Shown: in pieces, positions 15,994 to 24,252 of the stretch
Numbering within the stretch: the first letter of the stretch is position 1
How the letters are laid out: every line of letters starts with the position of its first letter
UHGV virus genome: UHGV-0070112
Source of the DNA: a virus
Direction: 5' to 3' (one strand)
Length of the DNA: 32,150 nucleotides
The notes under the pieces: model-generated
Databases searched by the model: none
What the model was told of the DNA's origin: nothing
Seen by the model: the letters and a program-made list of their open reading frames with translations, nothing else
Made by a program: the position numbers and the translations under genes

Positions 15994-17960
15994 GCTGCCT
16001 GCTCCTCTCTGTTCACGCACATTTCGGGTAAATTGGCGCGAACCAGCGCTTCGGCGAACGGCGGCGGGACGGCATTTCCACAGCGCGCAACCTGCTTATC
16101 TTTCGCGTATTTCACGCCGCGGTAATCCTGGTCAATGATGTACCACTCGGGGAAGCCCTGCGCCCGGTAAAGTTCGTGTGGCTGCAGCATGCGCATGCCG
16201 ATATCAACGATGCGGTAAGTCACTCCGCCGATTTCCACCAGACCGGTGCATTCCTCTCCGCAGTATTCCTGCAGGAACGACAGCACCTGCTGCGCTCGCT
16301 CTTCGTCATAGTCCTCGACTGCCAGAGTCGTTTTAACCTCGCCTACGTGCTGGCCACCAGCAGTGATAGTCGGCATCGGCTCGTCAGTGCGCTGGCCATC
16401 GCGGCATGTACCACGGAGCTTGATCAGATGAGACGTAACCATTGCGGCATCAGCCTTTGTCGTCATGGTTTGCAATGGCTCGCTAACGTCACGTGGCCTG
16501 CTCTGCCCAGCGCGACCGCCAACACCAACAATCTGAGCAGTAACCAGCGCATGATGATCGACGGTAGTAACTGAATGAGCTGGTTCATCCAAGTCAATAC
16601 CGGCGCCCTGATAATTCCCGCCATAGTGTTTCGCCAGGAATGCGGATACCAGTTGCGATTTACCGCCGCCGCCCGCGGTGATTGTTGCGCTAGGTTCGTC
16701 GGCACGGTGTCCGATGCTGGCGCCGAACTGCCGGGCGATAACCGGAGCGACGACACAGGCGCGCGATTCTTTCATGATGGTGTGAGCGGGTTTATCGAGC
16801 GGGCGTGGTTTAGCCTGGTACTCGCTGCCGCCATTGCCAGCCAGGAACGGCGCCAGCTCTGCTTCAACAATACCCAGAGCGTGACCATTCCCGCCCGGGC
16901 GTTTTGCGGTACCGGCCGTCACCGTCGGCAACGGATCGGTGACTTCCTGCCCGGTAGCTCCGGTTCGGAATTTTGTCAGATGAGGTACCGCAATTGCGTA
17001 GCCGTGGGTTTTCGTAATCGTCTGTAGCGGATCGTCCAGCGCCTGTCCCCGGAAACAGTCGTATTTGCCGCGTGTCGTTGTGTGATTGCACTTCACGATG
17101 AATGGCGAAGCGCTTTCGATAACAAAGCGCTGAATGCCGCGGGCAATCCGTTTTAGCGTATTCTCTGCCAGTGACTTTTTGCGACCGAAGATGCTCGGCG
17201 CGGGGATTGACCAGTCTATGCATTCCGCAGCTGTACGCCACGGCTCCAGCTGGCCCGCCAGCACGGCGGCAGACTTCGGATCCCCGTGCGTGGCTTCCGG
17301 CCAGACTATCGGTTTCCCGTCCCGGCGCATCACCATGAAGAACCGCTTACGGATGGTCGGCGCGCCATAATCGCAGGCGCGCAGCTCGCGAAAATCGACG
17401 ACATAACCAAGCCCGGCAATTAAGCGCTTGGCCTGCTCGCTATCCGGTGAAAACTCCAGAAACTCGCAACACTCCACCAGTGCAGGATGATCTGCTGGAA
17501 TACCGGTGGTAAGCATCCCGACAAATGCATTGAAAGTTTCACCGATGCGTGCCGGATCCGGTCGCATTTCTGCCGCGAGTAACGGACCCCACGTCTTAAA
17601 CTCTTCGACGTTTTCCAGCATCATGACTCGCGGGCCAACATCCAGCGCCCAACGAATGACGATCCATGCCAGCCCTCGAATAGCTTTCTCTACTGGTTTA
17701 GCACCTTTCGCTTTAGAAAAGTGACGACAGTCAGGCGAGAACCATGCCAGGCCGACAGGCTTGCCACTGGTAGCGGCTAATGGGGATACATCAAACACAC
17801 TTTCGCAATAGTGAAGCGTGTCGGGATGGTTAGTGCGGTGCATAGCAACGGCGTTAACATCGTGGTTAATCGCGATATCAACGCTACGCCCTATCGCCAG
17901 CTCAATACCTGTACTGGCGCCACCGCCACCAGCAAAATTATCGACAATAATCTCACGCAT
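15990..17960 (-). CDS. DNA cytosine-5 methyltransferase with a long, repeat-containing variable region
   Basis: 656 aa; motif I FAGGGGAS, catalytic-Cys region FSPDCRHFS, ENV motif MLENVEEF, C-terminal motif-X-like CGNAVPPPFAEAL. About 450 aa between ENV and motif X carry reiterated segments (LPTVTAG, SATITAGGGG, MPTITAGG, LQTMTT, LQTITKT). Confidence 0.85.
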   Translation of the reverse strand: MREIIVDNFAGGGGASTGIELAIGRSVDIAINHDVNAVAMHRTNHPDTLHYCESVFDVSPLAATSGKPVGLAWFSPDCRHFSKAKGAKPVEKAIRGLAWIVIRWALDVGPRVMMLENVEEFKTWGPLLAAEMRPDPARIGETFNAFVGMLTTGIPADHPALVECCEFLEFSPDSEQAKRLIAGLGYVVDFRELRACDYGAPTIRKRFFMVMRRDGKPIVWPEATHGDPKSAAVLAGQLEPWRTAAECIDWSIPAPSIFGRKKSLAENTLKRIARGIQRFVIESASPFIVKCNHTTTRGKYDCFRGQALDDPLQTITKTHGYAIAVPHLTKFRTGATGQEVTDPLPTVTAGTAKRPGGNGHALGIVEAELAPFLAGNGGSEYQAKPRPLDKPAHTIMKESRACVVAPVIARQFGASIGHRADEPSATITAGGGGKSQLVSAFLAKHYGGNYQGAGIDLDEPAHSVTTVDHHALVTAQIVGVGGRAGQSRPRDVSEPLQTMTTKADAAMVTSHLIKLRGTCRDGQRTDEPMPTITAGGQHVGEVKTTLAVEDYDEERAQQVLSFLQEYCGEECTGLVEIGGVTYRIVDIGMRMLQPHELYRAQGFPEWYIIDQDYRGVKYAKDKQVARCGNAVPPPFAEALVRANLPEMCVNREEQAA

Positions 17961-18906
17961 GAGCGGTCCCCCTCATGCTGCCGACCAGCCCACCAGCAAG
18001 GGTGATGATTTCGCTGGTGGGCACGCGCTCCAGCCACAACTGGTTAATATGGGCCTTCAGCTTGTTCTGCTGGGAGAACTCCAGATCCTCTGCGCCTTGT
18101 ACCTGTCCAAAGACGAGTCCAACTTCCAGTGGCCAGATCCGGGATTCAGGCTCAGCCAATGATGCAACAGCATCGGGGATGATCACTTCAGGAGACTGAA
18201 CTGGCGAAACTGGTGACAGGAATTTTCCTGCAGCAAACTCAGCCAGCGCCATACTTGCGCGCCCTTTTGCTTCCAGCTCAACGCGATCGATATAGCTAAA
18301 ATGTTCACCGCGCCAGGTCTTATCAAATACCGCAATGGCCCCGGCAAAGAATGCGCTGGTGGGCTTCTGCTTTTCGTCGGCCGGCACAAACCACGTTGGG
18401 AGATCGAATCCAATACGACCACGAATAAACATGATGTGATCGGCATATTCCGGCCACCATGTTTCACTTGTTGCTGACTTCACGAGGTAAATGTAACGAC
18501 CACCCTTTTCACGCTGCTCGGCGGTATAGTTCATAATATGAGTCATGCCAGTGATGGCTTGTTTTTCATGGTACTGCGAGCGGCTGTACGGCGGATTAGC
18601 AAAGGCCGCTCCTCCGAGTTCTACCAGACGACCAGACCAGTCCTGCGTCAGCGCATTATCTTCAGCGGTATACCATGCCGGGCATTTTGTATTGCTGTCG
18701 TCTGCAAACAGGTCCAGCACCAGCGGGCCAAACAAAGCGTTAACGCCCCAGAACAGCAGATCAGGGGTACGCCATTGATCCCCGACTTCTTTCAAATAAT
18801 GCGAACTTCGCTGGCGCTGTTCCTCAAGTGCCAGGCAATAAGGGCTGACGCTTTTTGTTAAATTTTGCTCTTCTGCGGTCATAGCTTCTTGTACTTCCTG
18901 ACTCAT
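17953..18906 (-). CDS. Phage Dam-type DNA N6-adenine methyltransferase
   Basis: 317 aa; DLFADDSNTKCPAWYTAED and AFANPPYS motifs of the phage Dam family. GGGGA RBS. Has an extra ~100-aa C-terminal region. Confidence 0.8.
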   Translation of the reverse strand: MSQEVQEAMTAEEQNLTKSVSPYCLALEEQRQRSSHYLKEVGDQWRTPDLLFWGVNALFGPLVLDLFADDSNTKCPAWYTAEDNALTQDWSGRLVELGGAAFANPPYSRSQYHEKQAITGMTHIMNYTAEQREKGGRYIYLVKSATSETWWPEYADHIMFIRGRIGFDLPTWFVPADEKQKPTSAFFAGAIAVFDKTWRGEHFSYIDRVELEAKGRASMALAEFAAGKFLSPVSPVQSPEVIIPDAVASLAEPESRIWPLEVGLVFGQVQGAEDLEFSQQNKLKAHINQLWLERVPTSEIITLAGGLVGSMRGTAHA

Positions 18907-19084
18907 AGTTTTCCCCTGCGCTGATCAGCATTAACAAGTGCTCTCAGTAACCAGTAACGGCGATCAAAGCTGAAAAGGTCATTTCTGAGGAGTGCATATT
19001 TTCTGCGAAAAATAACGTCGTGCTGCCACCAGTAACGCCAGTGATGCAAACGCACAAGGCGCCGGAGACTTATCAAAATCCTCT

Positions 19085-19543
19085 TCAATCGGAGCACAAG
19101 TCACCTCCGCAGTAATTTCCGGCCAGATAGCATGACCCGGCGGAATCATTCATGTTTCTGGCGTTTCGAACAGAAGCATTCTTAAGACGCAGGTATCGCT
19201 CTCTTGCTTTAGCCGTACAGTTGCTGTCACAAAGTTGCTGCCATACCGTCGCCGCACGGCGGTAATAGCGTTTCTCTTCCAGCTTTTTGGCTGTCGCTTC
19301 AAGGGCAAGAATCTCCCCCGAAAGCCCACCAGGCAGGTACTCTTCAATATCGATGGATCCCGCTACGAAGTAGATAAACCCACCAGTAACTTCAACGCTG
19401 GCAAGTTCCCCGTCGTAGTAAAGGCGATGAACAGCGCTCTTCACTGTTACCGGTTTGGTTCCAGGAAATGCCGCAGTGATATCGCGCAGCATTTTGCCGG
19501 GATTCTTCTCAATAAATTCAAAGATCGACTTGGCTATGTTCAT
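19085..19543 (-). CDS. Hypothetical protein with PerC-like C-terminal region
   Basis: 152 aa; C-terminal KKLEEKRYYRRAATVWQQLC...RERYLRLKNA resembles PerC-family regulators. ATG overlaps the stop of the upstream replication gene. Confidence 0.4.
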   Translation of the reverse strand: MNIAKSIFEFIEKNPGKMLRDITAAFPGTKPVTVKSAVHRLYYDGELASVEVTGGFIYFVAGSIDIEEYLPGGLSGEILALEATAKKLEEKRYYRRAATVWQQLCDSNCTAKARERYLRLKNASVRNARNMNDSAGSCYLAGNYCGGDLCSD

Positions 19544-20451
19544 CCCCGGAACCCCCGTGGAATCGTGGTTTGTACTGGACTAATTGAATTAACATCCCGC
19601 GGTCTGGTTTTGTCCCACGACTCCCTTGGCGGGCGGCCTTTAGCATCCCAACGGATAGCGCTTTGCAGATATCCCTCGAATTTTTTAGGGCCGAAAAGTG
19701 TCTCGGGTCGCATGTACTGGTATTGCTCGTCGTTGCCATGCCAGTGCTCATGCTTGATGTCAATTACCAGTTTCAAGTCGCTAACGGTATGACCTTCGCG
19801 GAGGCGGGCGCGAATGTTCTCCAGCGAGGTCTTAGATTTCTGGTAACGGGAACCGCTGACCAGATTCAGGTGTGCCAGAACTTCGATCGCGTTATCGGTA
19901 ATAACAACTTCAGGATCCGGCTTATCGTCGGGTTCCGCAGGAGCCCGACAAGAAGGTTTTTTAGATGACGGATCTAATGACGGATCTAATGACGGATCGC
20001 CTTCAACCATTGAGGGGTCCTCCCGCAATATTTGAGGGGGTACAGACCCATTATTTGAGGCATCAGAATTTGACCCCTCAAATTTTGAACCCTCAAATTC
20101 TGAGGCATCAAATTTTGATTGTTCACGTGGCGTTGCGTAGAAAATTTTTGCTTCAGCTGCTGCACGTTCCAGCATGTCAACATTGAGTTTATAAACGTTC
20201 GAATTATTCTTTCCGCCCACGCGCCGTTCCTGCTTCTTCAGCCAGCCTTTAGCCTGAAGCTTTTTGATAGCGCTGCGGACAGTATTCTCGCTCTTGGCGC
20301 CGATCTGTCGCTGAATAGTGGTTACCGCTGGCCATGACACACCTTCGTCATTACTGAAATCTGCCAGGCGAGCCATGACCGCTATTTCTGAGATTATCAG
20401 CCCTTTGAAAGCGCATGCTTCCCATACGAGGCCGTGTAATTTACTGCTCAT
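19540..20451 (-). CDS. Replication initiation protein (O-like) with conserved phage C-terminal domain
   Basis: 303 aa; N-terminal HTH-like region, central low-complexity linker encoded by the iteron repeats, C-terminal VLAHLNLVSGSRYQ...LKLVIDIKHEHWHG typical of phage replication proteins. Confidence 0.7.
   Translation of the reverse strand: MSSKLHGLVWEACAFKGLIISEIAVMARLADFSNDEGVSWPAVTTIQRQIGAKSENTVRSAIKKLQAKGWLKKQERRVGGKNNSNVYKLNVDMLERAAAEAKIFYATPREQSKFDASEFEGSKFEGSNSDASNNGSVPPQILREDPSMVEGDPSLDPSLDPSSKKPSCRAPAEPDDKPDPEVVITDNAIEVLAHLNLVSGSRYQKSKTSLENIRARLREGHTVSDLKLVIDIKHEHWHGNDEQYQYMRPETLFGPKKFEGYLQSAIRWDAKGRPPRESWDKTRPRDVNSISPVQTTIPRGFRG
19965..20115. repeat. Iteron-like repeats (candidate origin) inside the replication gene
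   Basis: Direct repeats gacggatctaat x3 (19965-20000) followed by at least six copies of TTTGAGGG / CCCTCAAA-type units in both orientations (20008-20115). Confidence 0.5.
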
Positions 20452-20620
20452 GGCTGCCCTCTACTTCCCTGAACTTGCGTTGAAACTGATCGAGTGGGCT
20501 AAAGCACTCGTGGGAATAGCCTTCCCGCAGGTAGATGACGCGACGTGTCTCAGGCTCCCAGCGGATAACTCTGACTGGATTGCCATAGTGGTCTTTGAAC
20601 TTCCGGTTAACTTCTCGCAT
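20441..20620 (-). CDS. Hypothetical 59-aa protein, coupled to replication gene
   Basis: Manual translation MREVNRKFKDHYGNPVRVIRWEPETRRVIYLREGYSHECFSPLDQFQRKFREVEGSHEQ. GGAGGG RBS; stop overlaps the replication-gene start. Replaces the track ORF 20461..20808, which is in another frame. Confidence 0.4.
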   Translation of the reverse strand: MREVNRKFKDHYGNPVRVIRWEPETRRVIYLREGYSHECFSPLDQFQRKFREVEGSHEQ

Positions 20621-20792
20621 AACGCTTTTGCCCTCCGGTTAAAGACCCCCACAACTCCGCGTGCCCGACTGTGGTTACACTTGACCCATTTACCGCATAC
20701 CATGCGCTCATACCGAAACGACGAAACGCCCGGGATCGGGTACATCCGTAGTTGCGGTAATTGAAGATTTACGATTAAATTGCTCATGCGGA

Positions 20793-21344
20793 TTATTTCT
20801 CCATACACAAAGATTTATTCGCCACGACGCCCGGAGCTGCACACTCGCGGGCGTCACTATTTTCTGGCAGGCAATAAACACGAGAAATCAGGTTGAGAAA
20901 CGTCATCAGCGTGACCCTGAACTGGTAGGCGATATCATTCAGACTTTGCCACTCCCCGTGTGTAACCACCCCATCATCGATATATTCCCGATAGGCGCTG
21001 ACCAGCTCGCCGAGTTGTCCCACCAGCTCCGCCAGCTTCAAACCAATCTCTTCGTTCTCGTCTTCATGAGCTGCGCCAGATACATGGATCCCGTTGTCGG
21101 TTTCACGTGAAAAAACATCGGCGATGTAGCTAACACCTGCTGCCTTCTGCAGGACCATTGCCCAGCCCATAGGGAATATCTGATCTCCACCAGCACGCAG
21201 CCGGTTAAAGATCGCGTCCTGGGTGGTATCCAGAATCTCAGCTGCTTCGATATAGCCACCAGGTAACGCGGCTATTGTTTTACGGATTGCTGCCACCAGC
21301 CACGCGGGCTGTTTTTCTACTTTCCAGGTTGGTTCATTACCCAC
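20793..21344 (-). CDS. cII-position regulatory protein (family uncertain)
   Basis: Start revised to GTG 21344 with AAGGGG RBS just after the cro stop; the track start at 21431 would overlap cro by 59 nt. Occupies the cII position. Confidence 0.4.
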   Translation of the reverse strand: MGNEPTWKVEKQPAWLVAAIRKTIAALPGGYIEAAEILDTTQDAIFNRLRAGGDQIFPMGWAMVLQKAAGVSYIADVFSRETDNGIHVSGAAHEDENEEIGLKLAELVGQLGELVSAYREYIDDGVVTHGEWQSLNDIAYQFRVTLMTFLNLISRVYCLPENSDARECAAPGVVANKSLCMEK

Positions 21345-21372
21345 GGTGTACCCCTTATCTCTGTGGTTCCTA

Positions 21373-21582
21373 TCAAACTTTTTGTTCTTTAAGCTTGCTA
21401 TACAGCTCCGGTTGGAAAACAAGTTTCCCATCGGTGCGGTACGCGGCTTCAGCAGCCCTCCCTTTTGGGATCAAGCGACCGGGTCTGTTCCGCCACTGAT
21501 AAACAGCTTCGCTGGATATGCCAAAGAACTCGGCTACCTTCTCAGCGTTTCCAAAGTACTTTTCAACATCATCGGTGGTCAT
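21373..21582 (-). CDS. cro: Cro-like repressor (HTH)
   Basis: 69 aa with HTH (VAEFFGISSEAVYQWRNR). AGGAG RBS. Divergent from cI across an operator-bearing gap. Confidence 0.65.
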   Translation of the reverse strand: MTTDDVEKYFGNAEKVAEFFGISSEAVYQWRNRPGRLIPKGRAAEAAYRTDGKLVFQPELYSKLKEQKV

Positions 21583-21682
21583 AATGGCTCCTTTAACTAA
21601 GTTTGATTAGATAATAATTACCAATCTATCTTTGGTCAATAAAAACTAAGATTGCTTAGCTTGATTGACTACTGGTGTGTAA
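21583..21682. promoter_or_regulatory. Right operator/promoter region between cro and cI
   Basis: 100-bp AT-rich gap carrying CTAAGtttgaTTAG (21596-21609) and CTAAGattgCTTAG (21645-21658); the same half-site family recurs downstream of cI. Confidence 0.45.
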
Positions 21683-22309
21683 ATGGAAACTGTCGGACAA
21701 CGAATAAAATCGCTTAGGCGAATCACCAGAACCTCACAAAAAGAGCTTGGGAAGTTTTGTGGGGTCAGTGATGTCGCAGTTGGGTATTGGGAAAAGGACG
21801 TAAACGTCCCAGGAGGGGAATCTCTTTCCAAACTAGCAAAATTCTTCAATACATCAATTGATTACATACTTTTTGGCACTGAGTTTGAGGGAAACTTAAT
21901 AACTAAGATGCGAAAAGTTCCCGTGATATCGTGGGTGCAAGCAGGATTATTCACTGAATCAAAGCCTGAAGATGTCTTGCATGATGCCGAAAAATGGGTG
22001 GAAACGTCTCTCCGCATCAGCGATAACTCGTTTGCCCTTGAAGTAAAGGGAGACTCAATGACAAATCCTAATGGACTGCCCACGATTCCTGAAGGCGCAA
22101 CGGTCATCGTTGATCCAGACATTGAGCCAATTCATGGAAAGATTGTAGTTGCACGAATAGATGGGACCAACGAGGCCACGGTCAAAAAACTGGTTGTAGA
22201 CGGTCCGCAAAAATTTCTTGTCCCGCTAAATCCCCGTTATCCTAACATCGCCATCAATGGTAACTGCGTCATTATTGGTGTGGTTAAAGGCGTTCAATAC
22301 GAGCTCTGA
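21683..22309 (+). CDS. cI: CI-type repressor (HTH plus S24 LexA-like peptidase domain)
   Basis: 208 aa; N-terminal HTH (TSQKELGKFCGVSDVAVGYWEK), C-terminal S24 domain with catalytic-serine motif KGDSM and downstream Lys. Confidence 0.85.
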   Translation: METVGQRIKSLRRITRTSQKELGKFCGVSDVAVGYWEKDVNVPGGESLSKLAKFFNTSIDYILFGTEFEGNLITKMRKVPVISWVQAGLFTESKPEDVLHDAEKWVETSLRISDNSFALEVKGDSMTNPNGLPTIPEGATVIVDPDIEPIHGKIVVARIDGTNEATVKKLVVDGPQKFLVPLNPRYPNIAINGNCVIIGVVKGVQYEL

Positions 22310-22327
22310 TCTAAGCTAATCTCCCTT

Positions 22328-22358
22328 CGACACCAAGCTAAGAAAAGTTTGGTGTTTT
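22328..22358 (+). terminator. Intrinsic terminator after cI
   Basis: Stem ACACCAA / TTGGTGT with 12-nt loop, followed by TTTTT. Confidence 0.5.
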
Positions 22359-22369
22359 TTCTTGACGAC

Positions 22370-22398
22370 AAAACTAAGTTAAGTTAGATTTTCATCTA
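22370..22398 (+). promoter_or_regulatory. Candidate PL promoter with embedded left operator
   Basis: TTGACG, 17-bp spacer, TAGATT. The spacer holds CTAAGttaaGTTAG, the same half-site family as the cro-cI operators. Confidence 0.4.
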
Positions 22399-22494
22399 TC
22401 AACAGCGAAGAGGCAGGACGCCCACGAAGTAGCCGCCCGGGGCATATGAAGTCCGGGATGATTCGCTGACAGATAAACCAAATAGGAACAGATC

Positions 22495-22728
22495 ATGGCA
22501 AGCAAAGGCATTGAAAACCTTATCAAGGACGCATTAGCAAACGGCTGTCATGTAGTCCGTAAAGCGCATCGCTTCGAGGTAAGCAAGAAAGGCCAAAAAT
22601 CAATCACTCTTATTATTTGTGAAGATGGCACAGCTTACCGGGGAGATATTGACCTAACGATCGCCATAGCCATTCGCACTCAAAAAGAAATGCGCAGCAT
22701 CCTCGGCCTGCCGGCCAAGGCAAGTTAA
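22495..22728 (+). CDS. Hypothetical 77-aa protein, first ORF after candidate PL
   Basis: AGGA RBS 8 nt upstream; no recognisable motif; not Arg-rich. Sits in the slot lambda uses for rexAB. Confidence 0.4.
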   Translation: MASKGIENLIKDALANGCHVVRKAHRFEVSKKGQKSITLIICEDGTAYRGDIDLTIAIAIRTQKEMRSILGLPAKAS

Positions 22729-23360
22729 TTACCACAGGTATCTTCGGGAGGGGTTGCGAAGCTGGATTGACCACCAGCAACAGAAACTCACCCGACATAC
22801 AGCAGCCGTTTAACCCACGGCGTCGGGGGTCCAGTAGACCTGGATTAATACTGTAGGGGTTGTGCCGGTTGGTCGCCGGCGCCCCGCCCGAAGATACCTG
22901 AACGAACATGGCGAAGCCGACAGCGTTGAAGGCGATTTTCTCGGTTTGCGCGCTAAACAATAGCGGGGGTGAAATCGGGGCGGAGAAGCAGAATCCGCGA
23001 TGTCGGGACTTGATACTTCCGGCCATACCAACAAGCCGAATGATCGCGTAACGATCCTTTGCATCTGCCCCGGCGAGGTGGCGCCGCCGGACCGGGGTAG
23101 ATGAATCGTACACAACATGAAAGCGCATTCCATCTTCATCCGTCGTGGGGACTGGTTTGTAACTGAAGGAGTGCGCTTCCAGTTGTGAACGGCAATATTC
23201 ACGACCGTTGTATGGCACATGCAGCGTTAGCAGCCCGGATGGTTCCCTTGAAGTTCCATGCGCTATCCGGACAACTGGAATGTGCAAGCCAAGTGTTTCA
23301 GGCACGACGTGCGCCCCACCAGCGCGGCGAAAAGGTGTGACGCCCGGGAAGAGTCCGGGA

Positions 23361-23475
23361 CACAACAGGTAAGAGCATTCCCGCCACACGAGGCTGAAAC
23401 CCAATCGCCATGTGGATGCGCCGAAAAGCTACGACGGGGCGTTGGTAGAAGATCGGAGTGCTCTCTCCGTTGTGG
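23361..23475 (+). other. Paired-motif element, early-left copy
   Basis: CACAACAGGTAAGAGCATT ... ~77 nt ... GGAGTGCTCTCTCCGTTGTGG on the plus strand; same arm sequences as 8374-8476. Inside a GC-rich ORF-poor stretch. Confidence 0.3.
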
Positions 23476-23616
23476 TAATTGCGGCTATGCGCACGTGGCG
23501 AGCCAACCCGTTCATGGAATGCGTTTCCGGGCAGTGTACGTCGCCGGTTATGGCTTAACCCGGCAGGTGGAGGCACCACCGCCACAACCTAGTTAACTGT
23601 GCTGTGTGTAGTCTTG

Positions 23617-23687
23617 GCGGTTATCCAGTTTTCCACTATCCAAAGGAGGAAGAGGATAACGTTCTGATGGATAACCGCCCTTTTTAC
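23617..23687 (+). promoter_or_regulatory. 11-bp perfect inverted repeat enclosing the RBS and start of a small ORF
   Basis: GGCGGTTATCC (23617-23627) and GGATAACCGCC (23669-23679) bracket AAGGAGGAAGAGGA and the ATG at 23667; followed by CTTTTTAC. Confidence 0.4.
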
Positions 23688-23828
23688 ACAATACACAAGA
23701 GCATCACCGGGCGACGGGCTCATTACCCAATCCACCCGGGCGGATTTGCAGCCGCAGGTGCTCTTCTGTGTTGTGTACGGAGAAATTCCCGGCGGTGGCA
23801 GCCGCCTTTCGAGAGGGTAAAACCATGA
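23667..23828 (+). CDS. Hypothetical 53-aa Arg-rich protein
   Basis: MDNRPFYTIHKSITGRRAHYPIHPGGFAAAGALLCCVRRNSRRWQPPFERVKP. GAGGA RBS 10 nt upstream; stop overlaps the next gene's ATG (ATGA). Could be spurious in GC-rich DNA. Confidence 0.3.
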   Translation: MDNRPFYTIHKSITGRRAHYPIHPGGFAAAGALLCCVRRNSRRWQPPFERVKP

Positions 23829-24196
23829 GTAATGATCGCATGACAGTCGTGCCCGATTTCCTGGGCGAACTGGACGCCGGCGTATTCATGAACAAGATTG
23901 CGGCGGCTCTGAATACCACCGCGCTCGGCGTTCTGAACAACGGCAACAAAGGCAAAGTAGTCCTGACCTTTGATTTTGAGCGTATGGGCAACTCTGTTGA
24001 AGAGAAGCGCGTCAAGATTAAGCACAAGCTGAACTACAGCACCCCAACTCCCCGCGGAAAAGCGTCGGAAGAGGACACCACCGAAACACCAATGTGGGTC
24101 AATAAAGGCGGCAAGCTCACCATCCTGCAGGAGGATCAAGGGCAACTCTTCGGTATCACCGGCACGGTGGACGGAAAGCTTAAAGCGGCTCAGTGA
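23825..24196 (+). CDS. Hypothetical early-left protein
   Basis: Start revised to ATG 23825 (MSNDRMTVVPDFLGE...) with GAGGG RBS; 123 aa. Confidence 0.5.
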   Translation: MSNDRMTVVPDFLGELDAGVFMNKIAAALNTTALGVLNNGNKGKVVLTFDFERMGNSVEEKRVKIKHKLNYSTPTPRGKASEEDTTETPMWVNKGGKLTILQEDQGQLFGITGTVDGKLKAAQ

Positions 24197-24252
24197 TCCG
24201 CACGCACAAATTCACTGATACCACTTCGCTAATCAGTTAATAAGGAATTTTT

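Noticed and set aside
16176-17370. Plus-strand track ORFs inside the C5-methyltransferase gene (16176..16574, 16575..17027, 17134..17370)
   Set aside because: They are antisense to a well-supported gene, have biased composition and lack RBSs.
18903-19097. 64-aa Arg/Trp-rich minus-strand ORF between the PerC-like and Dam-type genes
   Set aside because: Implausible composition, no RBS, and it overlaps the 3' end of the PerC-like gene; the interval more likely holds only the Dam RBS.
19965-20115. Possible CRISPR array
   Set aside because: The repeats are short, in both orientations and not separated by uniform spacers, and they lie inside a coding sequence; they fit origin iterons, not CRISPR.
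20461-20808. 115-aa minus-strand track ORF between the cII-like and replication genes
   Set aside because: Poor composition and no RBS. A different frame in the same interval gives a clean 59-aa ORF with a GGAGGG RBS whose stop overlaps the replication-gene start, so the 115-aa frame is taken as spurious.
22613-23404. 263-aa minus-strand ORF across the GC-rich region after cI
   Set aside because: Composition is non-protein-like (rich in Pro, Arg, Gly, Cys, Trp), with no RBS, and it overlaps the 77-aa plus-strand ORF. Long stop-free frames are expected by chance in GC-rich DNA.
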